A stretch of 44,766 nucleotides of DNA from Vectrevirus DIJ06P1. The notes below the pieces were generated by a model. It was not told the origin of the DNA. It saw only the letters and a program-made list of their open reading frames with translations, and searched no databases. The translations under genes were made by a program, and so were the position numbers. Where the stretch lies: the sequence record OZ035817.1; one strand, written 5' to 3'. This document shows positions 1-9,575 of this stretch, in pieces (position 1 is the stretch's first letter; each line of letters starts with the position of its first letter).

Positions 1-29
1 TAATAAGTTCAAGATTTGGAGGGAGAAGC

Positions 30-329
30 GTGAGCGTACACAATAAACATGCAGCTACAGAGGATGAGGTTGGCATTCTGCATGGTGCTATTACCAAAAT
101 CTTCAATAAGAAAGCACAGGCAATACTGGACACTATAGAAGAAGACCCTGATGCAGCATTACATTTAGTGTCTGGTAAGGATATTGGTGCGATGTGTAAG
201 TGGGTTCTTGATAACGGCATTACCGCCACACCTGCTGCACAGCAGGAAGAGTCCAAGTTATCTAAGCGCCTCAAGGCTATCCGAGAGGCATCCAGTGGCA
301 AGATTATTCAGTTTACAAAAGAGGAGTGA
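30..329 (+). CDS. putative terminase small subunit (DNA maturase A)
   Basis: 99-aa ORF with GTG start just downstream of GGAGGGAG; lies immediately upstream of the large terminase as T7 gene 18 does. Positional call only, no motif recognised. Confidence 0.4.
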   Translation: MSVHNKHAATEDEVGILHGAITKIFNKKAQAILDTIEEDPDAALHLVSGKDIGAMCKWVLDNGITATPAAQQEESKLSKRLKAIREASSGKIIQFTKEE

Positions 330-330
330 T

Positions 331-774
331 ATGCATAGATGGTGTGAATCTCAAGGTTATACCATCTTACCTTCTGGTGTCATCCTTTCAAAGGGTGGCA
401 CCCCTCTCAAACCATTCAAGGCGGGTAGGGGTTATTTAGCAGTTAAAATTAAAAATAAAGAAGGTAAATGGCGTAATGTCTATGTTCATCAATTAGTGGC
501 TTATAAGTATTTACCTAAAACTAATAATGAAGTAAACCACAAAGACGGCGATAAGCACAACAATGATGTTAGCAACTTGGAGTGGGTAACAAGAAGCGAG
601 AATAACTATTTAAAATGCAATGGAAATGATAGGAGTGCCTTAAATAGCTATTTAGCAAGATTAAAAGATTGCTTCTTGCAAGGTAAGGGTGTAGCAGAAA
701 CCGCTAGACTTACTGGTAAAAGTGAACCAAGAGTTTCTTCTCTCTTTAAGGAGTGGCGAAATGGCAAAGGCTAG
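331..774 (+). CDS. free-standing HNH homing endonuclease
   Basis: ATG at 331 preceded by GAGGAG; HNH core VNHKDGDKHNNDVSNLEWVTRSEN; AT-rich relative to flanks; 3' end overlaps the terminase start by 14 nt. The six-frame ORF 184..774 is an upstream extension of this frame. Confidence 0.7.
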   Translation: MHRWCESQGYTILPSGVILSKGGTPLKPFKAGRGYLAVKIKNKEGKWRNVYVHQLVAYKYLPKTNNEVNHKDGDKHNNDVSNLEWVTRSENNYLKCNGNDRSALNSYLARLKDCFLQGKGVAETARLTGKSEPRVSSLFKEWRNGKG

Positions 775-2659
775 AGAATCACAGGCAGAGGCATTAAAGC
801 GGTGGGAAAACCTTAAAGAACTACAAGACACTTTTAAATATACAGCGGAAGGTTTGCTTCTCTTTGCAGATACAGTTATTCATAACTTAATTGCAGGCAA
901 CCCTCATCTGATTCGTATGCAGGCTGATATCTTGAAGTTCCTATTTTACGGACACAAGTACCGCCTCATCGAAGCGCCTCGTGGTATCGCTAAGACAACA
1001 CTATCAGCAATCTATACGGTATTCCGTATTATTCATGAACCGCATAAGCGTATCATGGTTGTGTCCCAAAACGCCAAGCGAGCAGAGGAAATCGCAGGTT
1101 GGGTAGTTAAAATCTTCCGTGGCTTAGACTTTCTTGAGTTTATGCTGCCGGATATCTACGCTGGGGACCGTGCATCCGTTAAGGCGTTTGAGATTCATTA
1201 CACCCTACGTGGTAGTGATAAGTCTCCTTCTGTATCCTGTTACTCAATCGAAGCAGGTATGCAGGGTGCTCGTGCTGATATTATTCTAGCGGATGACGTA
1301 GAGTCGATGCAGAATGCTCGTACGGCAGCGGGCCGTGCCTTGCTTGAGGAACTGACTAAGGAGTTTGAATCTATCAACCAGTTTGGGGATATCATTTACC
1401 TTGGTACACCTCAGAACGTAAACTCTATCTACAACAACCTACCTGCTCGTGGTTACTCTGTTCGTATCTGGACTGCGCGTTACCCTTCAGTAGAGCAAGA
1501 GCAATGTTATGGCGACTTCCTTGCACCTATGATTGTTCAAGATATGAAGGACAACCCAGCACTTCGCTCAGGGTACGGGTTGGATGGTAATAGTGGTGCA
1601 CCTTGTGCCCCTGAAATGTATGATGATGAAGTCCTAATTGAGAAGGAAATCTCTCAGGGTGCTGCTAAGTTCCAGCTTCAGTTCATGCTTAACACTCGCA
1701 TGATGGATGCTGACAGATACCCATTACGCCTGAACAATCTAATCTTCACCTCGTTTGGTACAGAGGAAGTCCCTGTGATGCCTACGTGGAGTAATGATTC
1801 CATAAACATCATTGGTGATGCACCTAAGTATGGTAACAAGCCTACGGATTTCATGTACAGACCTGTAGCTCGCCCATACGAATGGGGTGCTGTCTCCCGC
1901 AAGATTATGTATATTGACCCTGCGGGTGGTGGTAAGAACGGAGATGAGACGGGTGTAGCCATCGTATTCCTGCACGGCACATTCATTTATGTGTATCAGT
2001 GCTTTGGTGTACCTGGCGGATACCGAGAGTCGTCCCTGAATCGCATTGTGCAGGCCGCACAGCAGGCGGGTGTTAAAGAGGTATTCATTGAGAAGAACTT
2101 TGGTCATGGCGCGTTTGAGGCGGTAATTAAGCCGTACTTTGAACGAGAGTGGCCTGTAACTCTGGAAGAAGATTACGCCACCGGACAGAAAGAATTGCGT
2201 ATCATTGAGACGCTGGAGCCGCTCATGGCAGCCCATAGGCTTATCTTCAATGCAGAGATGGTGAAGTCAGACTTTGAGTCGGTACAGCACTATCCGCTTG
2301 AACTACGCATGTCCTACAGTCTTTTCAATCAAATGTCGAACATAACGATTGAGAAGAACAGCCTCCGGCACGATGACCGCCTAGACGCCCTGTATGGCGC
2401 TATACGGCAATTAACTTCTCAGATAGACTATGACGAGGTTACACGGATTAATCGCCTCAGAGCGCAGGAGATGCGAGATTACATCCATGCTATGAACACA
2501 CCTCATCTACGCAGGGCAATGCTATATGGGGATTACGGTACTGAGCGAAGAGTGACCAACACTTCCGTAGCGATGCAGCAGCGAGTTTACGGGCAGAACT
2601 ACCGAAATAAATCGGCAAGCAGAAATACACTTTCTGCAAGGATTTCAAGGACTTATTAA
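761..2659 (+). CDS. terminase large subunit (T7 gp19-like)
   Basis: ATG at 761 after AAGGAG; segments such as ADIILADDVE, IYLGTPQN, KFQLQFMLN and DRYPLRLNNL match my recollection of T7 gp19. A GTG at 722 is an alternative start. Confidence 0.9.
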   Translation: MAKARESQAEALKRWENLKELQDTFKYTAEGLLLFADTVIHNLIAGNPHLIRMQADILKFLFYGHKYRLIEAPRGIAKTTLSAIYTVFRIIHEPHKRIMVVSQNAKRAEEIAGWVVKIFRGLDFLEFMLPDIYAGDRASVKAFEIHYTLRGSDKSPSVSCYSIEAGMQGARADIILADDVESMQNARTAAGRALLEELTKEFESINQFGDIIYLGTPQNVNSIYNNLPARGYSVRIWTARYPSVEQEQCYGDFLAPMIVQDMKDNPALRSGYGLDGNSGAPCAPEMYDDEVLIEKEISQGAAKFQLQFMLNTRMMDADRYPLRLNNLIFTSFGTEEVPVMPTWSNDSINIIGDAPKYGNKPTDFMYRPVARPYEWGAVSRKIMYIDPAGGGKNGDETGVAIVFLHGTFIYVYQCFGVPGGYRESSLNRIVQAAQQAGVKEVFIEKNFGHGAFEAVIKPYFEREWPVTLEEDYATGQKELRIIETLEPLMAAHRLIFNAEMVKSDFESVQHYPLELRMSYSLFNQMSNITIEKNSLRHDDRLDALYGAIRQLTSQIDYDEVTRINRLRAQEMRDYIHAMNTPHLRRAMLYGDYGTERRVTNTSVAMQQRVYGQNYRNKSASRNTLSARISRTY

Positions 2660-2680
2660 TTACTGGACACTATAGAAGGA
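2656..2680 (+). promoter_or_regulatory. SP6-type phage RNAP promoter
   Basis: ATTACTGGACACTATAGAAGGA just after the terminase stop; matches the consensus repeated across the window. Confidence 0.7.
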
Positions 2681-2824
2681 AGGCCCAGATAATAAGAGAA
2701 AATAATAGGTAATATATAGGTTAACCTAGGTTATATAGGTATGCCTTAGTATGGGTGTACTCCTGTACACCCTATTCATTACTACCTTACTACCTTACTA
2801 TATTTACATAATAGGAGAGATACA

Positions 2825-3103
2825 ATGGCTAATGATTATAGTAGTCAACCATTAACAGGTAAGTCTAAGAGAAAGCAGGTACAACCTGTAAGTGAAGAAC
2901 TAATGCTTCCGGTAATCAAAAAAGAGGAAGCTAGTAAGAAAAGCAATGCTATTAATGATGCCACCAAATCAGGTAAACAGAAAGGGGCCATGGTGTGCCT
3001 TGAAGTGGAAGGTGGTGTATTGAAGATTGCTATCGCGGTTGATGGCAAAGAAGATTCAGAGTGGAAGTTAGTAACAGCGAAACCAACTGTTATCCCAGTT
3101 TAA
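2825..3103 (+). CDS. hypothetical protein (paralog A of tandem pair)
   Basis: 92-aa ORF; shares SGKQKGAMV...IA(I/V)A block with the next ORF. Confidence 0.5.
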   Translation: MANDYSSQPLTGKSKRKQVQPVSEELMLPVIKKEEASKKSNAINDATKSGKQKGAMVCLEVEGGVLKIAIAVDGKEDSEWKLVTAKPTVIPV

Positions 3104-3121
3104 GAGAAGGAGGAAGATTAC

Positions 3122-3415
3122 ATGGCTAAATATGGTACTACAGGTTCTGTTACTGGTCAGGCTTTTCGAGTAAAAGCAGTACAAACTATTGCAACGGCAA
3201 TCCCTATGCCTGTTGTTGCTGAAGCAGACCTTAAGAAGAAAGATCACCCTATCAACATCAAACACCTGTCAGGTAAGCAGAAAGGCGCAATGGTTGCTGT
3301 TGAGAGAGATGACACAACCATGCATATTGCTGTTGCACGTGGTAGTGAACCAACAGACTCTTGGGATGTAACTGGTATGGAAGAGGACGCTGTCACTCCA
3401 GCAGGTGGAGAATAA
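3122..3415 (+). CDS. hypothetical protein (paralog B of tandem pair)
   Basis: 97-aa ORF after GAAGGAGGAAG RBS; same SGKQKGAMV motif as 2825..3103. Confidence 0.5.
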   Translation: MAKYGTTGSVTGQAFRVKAVQTIATAIPMPVVAEADLKKKDHPINIKHLSGKQKGAMVAVERDDTTMHIAVARGSEPTDSWDVTGMEEDAVTPAGGE

Positions 3416-3759
3416 TGCTTAACAAATACTTCAAGCGTCGTGAGTTCGCTTGCCGTTGTGGTTGCGGTACATCCACCGTTGATGCTGAATTACTACAGGT
3501 AGTCACAGATGTGCGTGAGCACTTTGGTTCTCCTGTAGTTATCACTTCGGGGCACCGCTGTGCTAAGCACAATGCTAATGTAGGAGGAGCTAAGAACTCC
3601 ATGCATCTTACTGGTAAGGCTGCTGACATTAAGGTACGAGGCATCTTACCTTCTGATGTACATAAGTATCTTACTGATAAGTACCAAGGCAAATATGGGA
3701 TTGGTAAGTATAACTCCTTTACTCATATTGATGTACGTGACGGGTGTGCACGATGGTAG
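3415..3759 (+). CDS. peptidase M15-type peptidoglycan hydrolase (candidate endolysin)
   Basis: ATG overlaps the upstream stop (TAATG); SGHRCAKHNANVGGAKNSMHLTGKAADI fits the SG(Y/H)R...GG...S.H..G.A.D zinc-peptidase signature as I recall it. Confidence 0.65.
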   Translation: MLNKYFKRREFACRCGCGTSTVDAELLQVVTDVREHFGSPVVITSGHRCAKHNANVGGAKNSMHLTGKAADIKVRGILPSDVHKYLTDKYQGKYGIGKYNSFTHIDVRDGCARW

Positions 3760-3867
3760 GTTGTGTTGCATGGTGTGAACGCATGGTTGCTAAGGCTTCA
3801 GAGGAAGGCAACTATGAAGATTGGCAGAACTACTCAACTTTATTAGCTCAATGGAAAGGGAGATGCA

Positions 3868-4017
3868 ATGAAAAAGCTGTTCAAATCTAAGAAGGTTGTA
3901 GGTGCACTAGTTGCATTGGCAATTGCTCTTGTTTCTGTAGGTCTTGGTGTAGACCTTGGCTCTGGCACGGAATCCTCTGTGACAGACGTGGTCTGCCAAG
4001 TGATCACCTGTGAATAA
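3868..4017 (+). CDS. small membrane protein, 49 aa
   Basis: ATG at 3868; hydrophobic core VVGALVALAIALVSVGLGV; below the ORF-track size cutoff. Confidence 0.3.
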   Translation: MKKLFKSKKVVGALVALAIALVSVGLGVDLGSGTESSVTDVVCQVITCE

Positions 4018-4231
4018 GTTTCTAGAAGTGCTGGCAGGTCTTATTGGCCTGCTTGTCTCTGCTAAGAAGAAACAAGAAGAGAAGGAGGCACAAAGTGAAG
4101 CGAATCATGTTAGTGACAATCCTGCTGATTGGTTCGCTGACCACTTCCGGGTGTCAGCAGGCGTTACCAGAGAAAGCAATGGTGAAACCTCTGAGGCCGA
4201 CGCTGACGGAAGTTTACGAGGTAGACGATAA
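4010..4231 (+). CDS. putative i-spanin (Rz-like), unusually short
   Basis: N-terminal hydrophobic segment FLEVLAGLIGLLVSA then charged region; overlaps a lipoprotein ORF in another frame. Confidence 0.35.
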   Translation: MNKFLEVLAGLIGLLVSAKKKQEEKEAQSEANHVSDNPADWFADHFRVSAGVTRESNGETSEADADGSLRGRR

Positions 4232-4304
4232 GGTCTGCTTTAGTAAGCCTGACGCTACAAAATTAGGTTTGTATATTCTTTCGCTGGAACGCGGATATAA
4301 TTAA
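4095..4304 (+). CDS. putative o-spanin (Rz1-like lipoprotein)
   Basis: GTG at 4095 (or ATG at 4107) after GAAGGAGG; signal peptide plus lipobox LTTSGC; starts inside the 4010..4231 ORF in a different frame. Confidence 0.5.
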   Translation: MKRIMLVTILLIGSLTTSGCQQALPEKAMVKPLRPTLTEVYEVDDKVCFSKPDATKLGLYILSLERGYN

Positions 4305-4333
4305 TACATAGCTTTATGTATCAGTGTCTTACG

Positions 4334-4356
4334 ATTTACTGGACACTATAGAAGAG
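4334..4356 (+). promoter_or_regulatory. SP6-type phage RNAP promoter
   Basis: ATTTACTGGACACTATAGAAGAGG about 80 nt upstream of tailspike 1. Confidence 0.75.
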
Positions 4357-4435
4357 GTAAGATAGCGCCGTTCTTTTGAGCGGCCTATTACTAGCCAATC
4401 TTCATAGGGAGGGTTGGAAAGTAATAGGAGATAGC

Positions 4436-6334
4436 ATGGCTAAATTAACCAAACCTAATACTGAAGGAATCTTGCATAAAGGACAATCTTTGTATGAGTA
4501 CCTTGATGCGAGAGTTTTAACATCAAAGCCGTTTGGTGCTGTAGGTGACGCCACTACTGATGATACGGAGGTTATAGCTGCTTCATTAAACTCTCAGAAA
4601 GCTGTCACAATCTCAGACGGTGTATTCTCTAGCTCTGGTATTAATAGTAATTACTGTAACTTAGACGGTAGAGGTAGTGGGGTGCTAAGTCACCGTTCCA
4701 GTACAGGTAACTACTTAGTATTTAACAATCCACGTACAGGTCGCTTAAGTAATATTACGGTAGAAAGTAATAAGGCGACTGATACAACTCAGGGACAGCA
4801 GGTATCTCTTGCCGGTGGAAGTGATGTTACTGTAAGTGACGTTAACTTCTCAAACGTTAAAGGTACTGGTTTCAGTTTAATCGCATACCCTAATGATGCG
4901 CCACCTGATGGACTTATGATTAAAGGTATTCGAGGTAGCTATTCAGGCTATGCTACTAATAAGGCAGCTGGATGCGTACTTGCTGACTCCTCAGTTAACT
5001 CCCTCATAGATAACGTCATTGCTAAGAACTACCCTCAGTTCGGAGCAGTAGAGTTGAAAGGTACAGCCAGTTACAACATAGTCAGTAATGTTATAGGGGC
5101 AGATTGCCAGCATGTAACTTACAACGGCACTGAAGGGCCAATAGCTCCTTCTAATAACCTTATCAATGGGGTAGTGGCTAATAATCCTAAGTATGCAGCG
5201 GTTGTTGCAGGCAAAGGTAGTACGAACTTAATATCAGATGTGCTCGTAGATTACTCAACCTCTGATGCTAGGCAGGCTCATGGTGTTACAGTAGAGGGTT
5301 CTGATAACGTCATAAATAATGTGCTTATGTCAGGATGTGATGGTACTAACTCTTTAGGACAAGGGCAGACTGCTACAATTGCACGCTTTATAGGTACAGC
5401 TAATAACAACTATGCGTCTGTATTTCCTAGCTACAGTGCTACAGGTGTTATTACTTTCGAATCCGGCTCTACCCGTAACTTCGTAGAGGTAAAGCACCCT
5501 GGCAGGAGAAACGACCTTCTCAGTTCTGCTAGTACTATTGACGGTGCAGCTACTATTGACGGCACTAATAATAGTAACGTAGTGCACGCACCTGCCTTAG
5601 GGCAGTACATAGGTAGTATGTCAGGTAGGTTCGAATGGCGGATTAAGTCCATGTCACTCCCTTCAGGCGTTCTTACTTCTGCTGATAAGTACAGAATGCT
5701 TGGGGATGGTGCTGTATCATTAGCTTTAGGTGGGGGTACTTCTTCTCAAGTTCGCCTATTTACTTCTGATGGTACTTCTCGGACAGTGTCCCTCACCAAC
5801 GGTAACGTGCGTCTTTCTACCAGTAGCACAGGCTATTTGCAGTTAGGTGCTGATGCAATGACCCCAGACAGTACTGGTACATACGCATTAGGTTCCGCCA
5901 GCCGAGCATGGTCTGGCGGTTTTACTCAAGCAGCATTCACTGTTACCTCAGATGCTCGGTGTAAAACAGAACCTCTCACTATCTCAGATGCCTTACTGGA
6001 TGCTTGGTCTGAAGTTGACTTTGTGAAGTTTCAGTATTTGGATCGTGTTGAGGAGAAGGGTGCAGACTCAGCTAGATGGCACTTCGGTATCATCGCTCAG
6101 CGAGCTAAGGAGGCTTTCGAACGTCACGGTATAGATGCACATCGCTATGGCTTTTTGTGCTTCGACAGTTGGGATGATGTATACGAGGAAGATGCAGATG
6201 GCTCTCGTAAACTGATTACACCAGCAGGTTCCCGCTACGGTATTCGTTACGAGGAAGTGCTGATATTAGAGGCTGCGTTGATGCGGAGGACTATTAAGCG
6301 TATGCAGGAAGCACTAGCTTCCCTGCCTAAGTAA
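4436..6334 (+). CDS. tailspike 1, beta-helix with C-terminal intramolecular chaperone (S74-like) domain
   Basis: ATG at 4436 after GGAG; Gly/Ser/Thr/Asn-rich repeats typical of a right-handed beta-helix; C-terminus SDARCK...WHFGIIAQRAKEAF resembles auto-cleaving chaperone domains. The ORF-track start at 4376 is probably too early. Confidence 0.8.
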   Translation: MAKLTKPNTEGILHKGQSLYEYLDARVLTSKPFGAVGDATTDDTEVIAASLNSQKAVTISDGVFSSSGINSNYCNLDGRGSGVLSHRSSTGNYLVFNNPRTGRLSNITVESNKATDTTQGQQVSLAGGSDVTVSDVNFSNVKGTGFSLIAYPNDAPPDGLMIKGIRGSYSGYATNKAAGCVLADSSVNSLIDNVIAKNYPQFGAVELKGTASYNIVSNVIGADCQHVTYNGTEGPIAPSNNLINGVVANNPKYAAVVAGKGSTNLISDVLVDYSTSDARQAHGVTVEGSDNVINNVLMSGCDGTNSLGQGQTATIARFIGTANNNYASVFPSYSATGVITFESGSTRNFVEVKHPGRRNDLLSSASTIDGAATIDGTNNSNVVHAPALGQYIGSMSGRFEWRIKSMSLPSGVLTSADKYRMLGDGAVSLALGGGTSSQVRLFTSDGTSRTVSLTNGNVRLSTSSTGYLQLGADAMTPDSTGTYALGSASRAWSGGFTQAAFTVTSDARCKTEPLTISDALLDAWSEVDFVKFQYLDRVEEKGADSARWHFGIIAQRAKEAFERHGIDAHRYGFLCFDSWDDVYEEDADGSRKLITPAGSRYGIRYEEVLILEAALMRRTIKRMQEALASLPK

Positions 6335-6419
6335 GCAACAGGCAGTGCGTAAGCACTGCTTTTCACGCAACTTTTCTTAAAGGTTATCATGGTGGTAGCC
6401 TTTCAGAAAAGGAGGGTAC

Positions 6420-8471
6420 ATGCTACAAAGATTAGGGGCTTCCATGGTGAAGTTCAAGAGTAAACTCGCTGGTTCCATCGAACGTATACTCTCAGACAAG
6501 TTAATGGATACTGTAAGCGTTAAAGACTTTGGCGCTAAAGGAGATGGTATCACAGATGATACTGCTGCTTTCAAAGCAGCAATAACTTGTGGCGCATCTA
6601 GGGTATTAGTACCTGCAGGCAGGTATGTGATTACTGACACACTTTCTTTGCCATCTGGGGTCTGGTTATTTGGTGAAGGTGTTGACTATTGGGACACCTA
6701 TCGTCCAGACGAGGGTAGGCTTATTAAGTCATGGAGTAAAGGAACGCACCTTGTGTTCACTGGTAGTGGGTCTAAAAACAAGCAATTTCTTAATATCTCT
6801 AATGAACGCCCAACAAAGACAATAAATGGAGTAACTTGCTCTTTTACCGACTTCACTAATAGTGATGCACAAGTAACAGAACCTGCTACACCACGTAGTA
6901 TGAGTATTGCTGTATCAGTACAGGCAGGCAGTGGCTTACGCGATCTTCGTATTATGGTAAACAATGAAGGTATCTCTGGTTACAATGACTTTGTTTCTAC
7001 AAACAAGCTAGGTGACAACTGGGATATTGGGTTGCATGTATATGACAGCTCAGATGCTGTAATTGATAATGTGCAAGTTGTTGGCTATTGGAAGGTTGCA
7101 GGTACACTCTTAACGGAGAACGACGGCTCCATCACAATGCGTGGTAATCCAGAGAAGACACTATTTAATAAGTTCTACACTCAAGGTATCAGAGGTTTAC
7201 TTATTAGGAATAGCCCGCAAGTAGATGTAGTATCTCAAGAGTCAGCAACCAAGTTAACCATTAAAGCGAATGCTACTTCCCGTATATTAGCACAAAATGG
7301 TTTTCGAGTAGCAGGTAGTACTACGATACATAGATGGACTAGTGTTACAAGACAAGGAGACACTTATGTATTAGATGGCATCACACCTGAGTTACCTTCT
7401 GCTTCTGGCCTCGGGGTTGTTCGTTTCCCATCTATGGGTAACAATTGGTCTGGTACAGTGTTCAACAATACTGTTGCTGTGTCCTTTGAGCACTCATCCG
7501 GTAGAACCTCAAGACAACTAGGACTTCCTGTATCTTTTGCTATGGAGATTGATGGCTTCCCTTGTCGTAACCTCAAATTCATAAACTTCAAGGCACAGAC
7601 TTCTTACGATGAAGGAAATACATTGTTTGGTGATATGCGCGATGCCAAGTTTGTGGCTAGCGAGTTCGAGAATGGTAGGCTGATTGCGTATGATTTGTCT
7701 CAGACTCAAGGGTATACTGGTAATATGCGGTCTGCTGTGTCTGACATGCAGTTTCATTCCACTAATATTGAAGGCTTCACACCACGTGATTTCTTCTATG
7801 ACCTAGGACATTTTCCTACTTCTTATACTGATGGTTCTTTTATCATGAAGCATTGGCGAGAAAAGGATTTACAGGTACAATGGTATAATGGTAAAGCATT
7901 CATCCATCTACATGAAGATGATGGCCGTGTAACACTTACCAGTAAAGGCGGTCTAGATTTGTATAACTTTAGTTCTACAAAAGACGTGACGTTCAAGGGT
8001 CGCAACTTTGTATTCAAAAACGATGCAAGTGAAGACGTATTGAAGTGGTTTGGCGGTTCAGGGAATATCTCTACGAAAGGAAACATCTCGCCTATGGTAG
8101 ATGGGGTTGCCTCTCTGGGTACAAATTCCTATCGCTGGGGCGCAGTGCATTCAGTAAATGGGACGTTACAAACCTCTGACGGTAGGCTAAAGGAGATCCA
8201 CGATATTAAACAAGAAGAACTTGATGCGGGGATTGCATTATCAGCAAGTCTAATCAAGTATCGTTGGTATGGAGAAGAAAAGTTCCACTTTGGTTGTATT
8301 GCCCAAGAGGTAATGTTAATCATGGAGAAACATAATCTAGACCCATTACAGTATGGAATGGTGCAGTATGATGAAGAGGCAGACATCTTTAGTGTAAACT
8401 ATGCTGAATTGAACAGCTTCTGCATCGCAGCTCTGTCTAGGAGGTTGAATGCCATTAATCAAATCAGTTAA
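6420..8471 (+). CDS. tailspike 2, pectate-lyase-like beta-helix with C-terminal intramolecular chaperone domain
   Basis: ATG after AAAGGAGGG; VKDFGAKGDGITDDTAAFKAAI is a pectate-lyase-superfamily N-terminal motif; C-terminus SDGRLK...FHFGCIAQEV parallels tailspike 1. Confidence 0.8.
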   Translation: MLQRLGASMVKFKSKLAGSIERILSDKLMDTVSVKDFGAKGDGITDDTAAFKAAITCGASRVLVPAGRYVITDTLSLPSGVWLFGEGVDYWDTYRPDEGRLIKSWSKGTHLVFTGSGSKNKQFLNISNERPTKTINGVTCSFTDFTNSDAQVTEPATPRSMSIAVSVQAGSGLRDLRIMVNNEGISGYNDFVSTNKLGDNWDIGLHVYDSSDAVIDNVQVVGYWKVAGTLLTENDGSITMRGNPEKTLFNKFYTQGIRGLLIRNSPQVDVVSQESATKLTIKANATSRILAQNGFRVAGSTTIHRWTSVTRQGDTYVLDGITPELPSASGLGVVRFPSMGNNWSGTVFNNTVAVSFEHSSGRTSRQLGLPVSFAMEIDGFPCRNLKFINFKAQTSYDEGNTLFGDMRDAKFVASEFENGRLIAYDLSQTQGYTGNMRSAVSDMQFHSTNIEGFTPRDFFYDLGHFPTSYTDGSFIMKHWREKDLQVQWYNGKAFIHLHEDDGRVTLTSKGGLDLYNFSSTKDVTFKGRNFVFKNDASEDVLKWFGGSGNISTKGNISPMVDGVASLGTNSYRWGAVHSVNGTLQTSDGRLKEIHDIKQEELDAGIALSASLIKYRWYGEEKFHFGCIAQEVMLIMEKHNLDPLQYGMVQYDEEADIFSVNYAELNSFCIAALSRRLNAINQIS

Positions 8472-8667
8472 GCAAAGTGCTGTACGCCAGAACACAGAAG
8501 AGCTTATTCAATCAGGACGTGACCCTAAGCAAGCCTATGCGATTGCCAAGGTATACAACGTCGTGCTATGAAGAAACTTTCTGCATCTTCTGCGTAAGCA
8601 GGTTAATATCTTAGTATAAACAAGGGCAGACTTAGGTTTGTCCTTAGTGTATTCCAAAGGAGGTAAC

Positions 8668-8796
8668 ATGCTGAAAGATGGTTGGGTTTCATATGACCCT
8701 ACAGACCCTAAGAATTGGCTACAGGTTATCGCTATAGCTTGTGCAGGTAGCCTATTGGCTGCCCTGATGTATTCATTATGGATGTACACAAAGTAA
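8668..8796 (+). CDS. small membrane protein, 42 aa
   Basis: Strong RBS AAGGAGG 5 nt before ATG; one hydrophobic helix; last ORF before the non-coding terminus region. Confidence 0.3.
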   Translation: MLKDGWVSYDPTDPKNWLQVIAIACAGSLLAALMYSLWMYTK

Positions 8797-9461
8797 CCAA
8801 AGTCAAAATTTTGATGTAGGCGTGTGTCAGCTCTCTCGCCCTCGCCCTCGCCGGGTTGCCCCCATAGGGTGGCCTGAGGGAATCCGTCGAAGACGGGTAG
8901 GGCTGATGTACTCCTTCGCTAGTACAAGGGAGGCGGGGAATGCCTAGGAAGCGCTAGGGCACGCCTTAGTATTGGACAAGGTGATTGCCTTAGTGAAGCC
9001 TCTTAGTACATTCCTGAGGCCATTCAGGGCGTTTATGAGGCATTGACAGGGTGGATGGGTGTGGGCTATCTGTTCGTTTCGCTACGCTTCACTCACTGCT
9101 CCTCACTTCGTTCGTCGCTGCGGTAGCCTGATGTGTACCTTAGGTTATTACTTGATGGATAGCTTAGGTTATAGCTTAGTGACCTACCTTAGTTATAACC
9201 TTAGTGCATAGCTTAGTATCAGCTTAGTAGTGTACCTTAGTAAGTCTTAGTGTCTTCTCTTAGTGATTGCACATGCAAGCATGTAAGATGCCATTAGGTC
9301 GCGGTCGGTAGACCGCTAAAGAAGGAGAGTAGTAATAAGATGCAGTAGGAGGAACACCAGAAGCCTCGCCAACCTAGCCTATCCTAGCTCTGTATCTATT
9401 GCTTTTCCTTAGTCTCACATGATAGACAACCTATCTTATTCCTAGTGATGATAACTTAGTG

Positions 9462-9490
9462 TTGACAAGATAATCTTAGTGTAATACTAT
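9462..9490 (+). promoter_or_regulatory. candidate host sigma70 early promoter
   Basis: TTGACA, 17-nt spacer, TACTAT; upstream of the first early ORF. Confidence 0.45.
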
Positions 9491-9562
9491 GCATCACGTA
9501 GGCGGTGCTGAGGCACCTAGTAGCCAGCTAGTAAGGCATACGAAGAGACTAGCGCTTACATT

Positions 9563-9575
9563 GCTCTTTAACAAT
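9563..9575 (+). repeat. GCTCTTTAACAAT 13-mer, copy 1 of 3
   Basis: Exact 13-mer repeated at 10108 and 10320 in early non-coding leaders. Confidence 0.6.

Noticed and set aside
184-774. Long version of the HNH ORF starting at 184
   Set aside because: The first 49 codons overlap the small terminase gene in another frame and lack a start context; the ATG at 331 with GAGGAG upstream is the plausible start.
1739-2236. Minus-strand ORFs (1739..2236 and 1678..1986) inside the terminase gene
   Set aside because: Antisense to a strongly supported terminase ORF; typical shadow frames.
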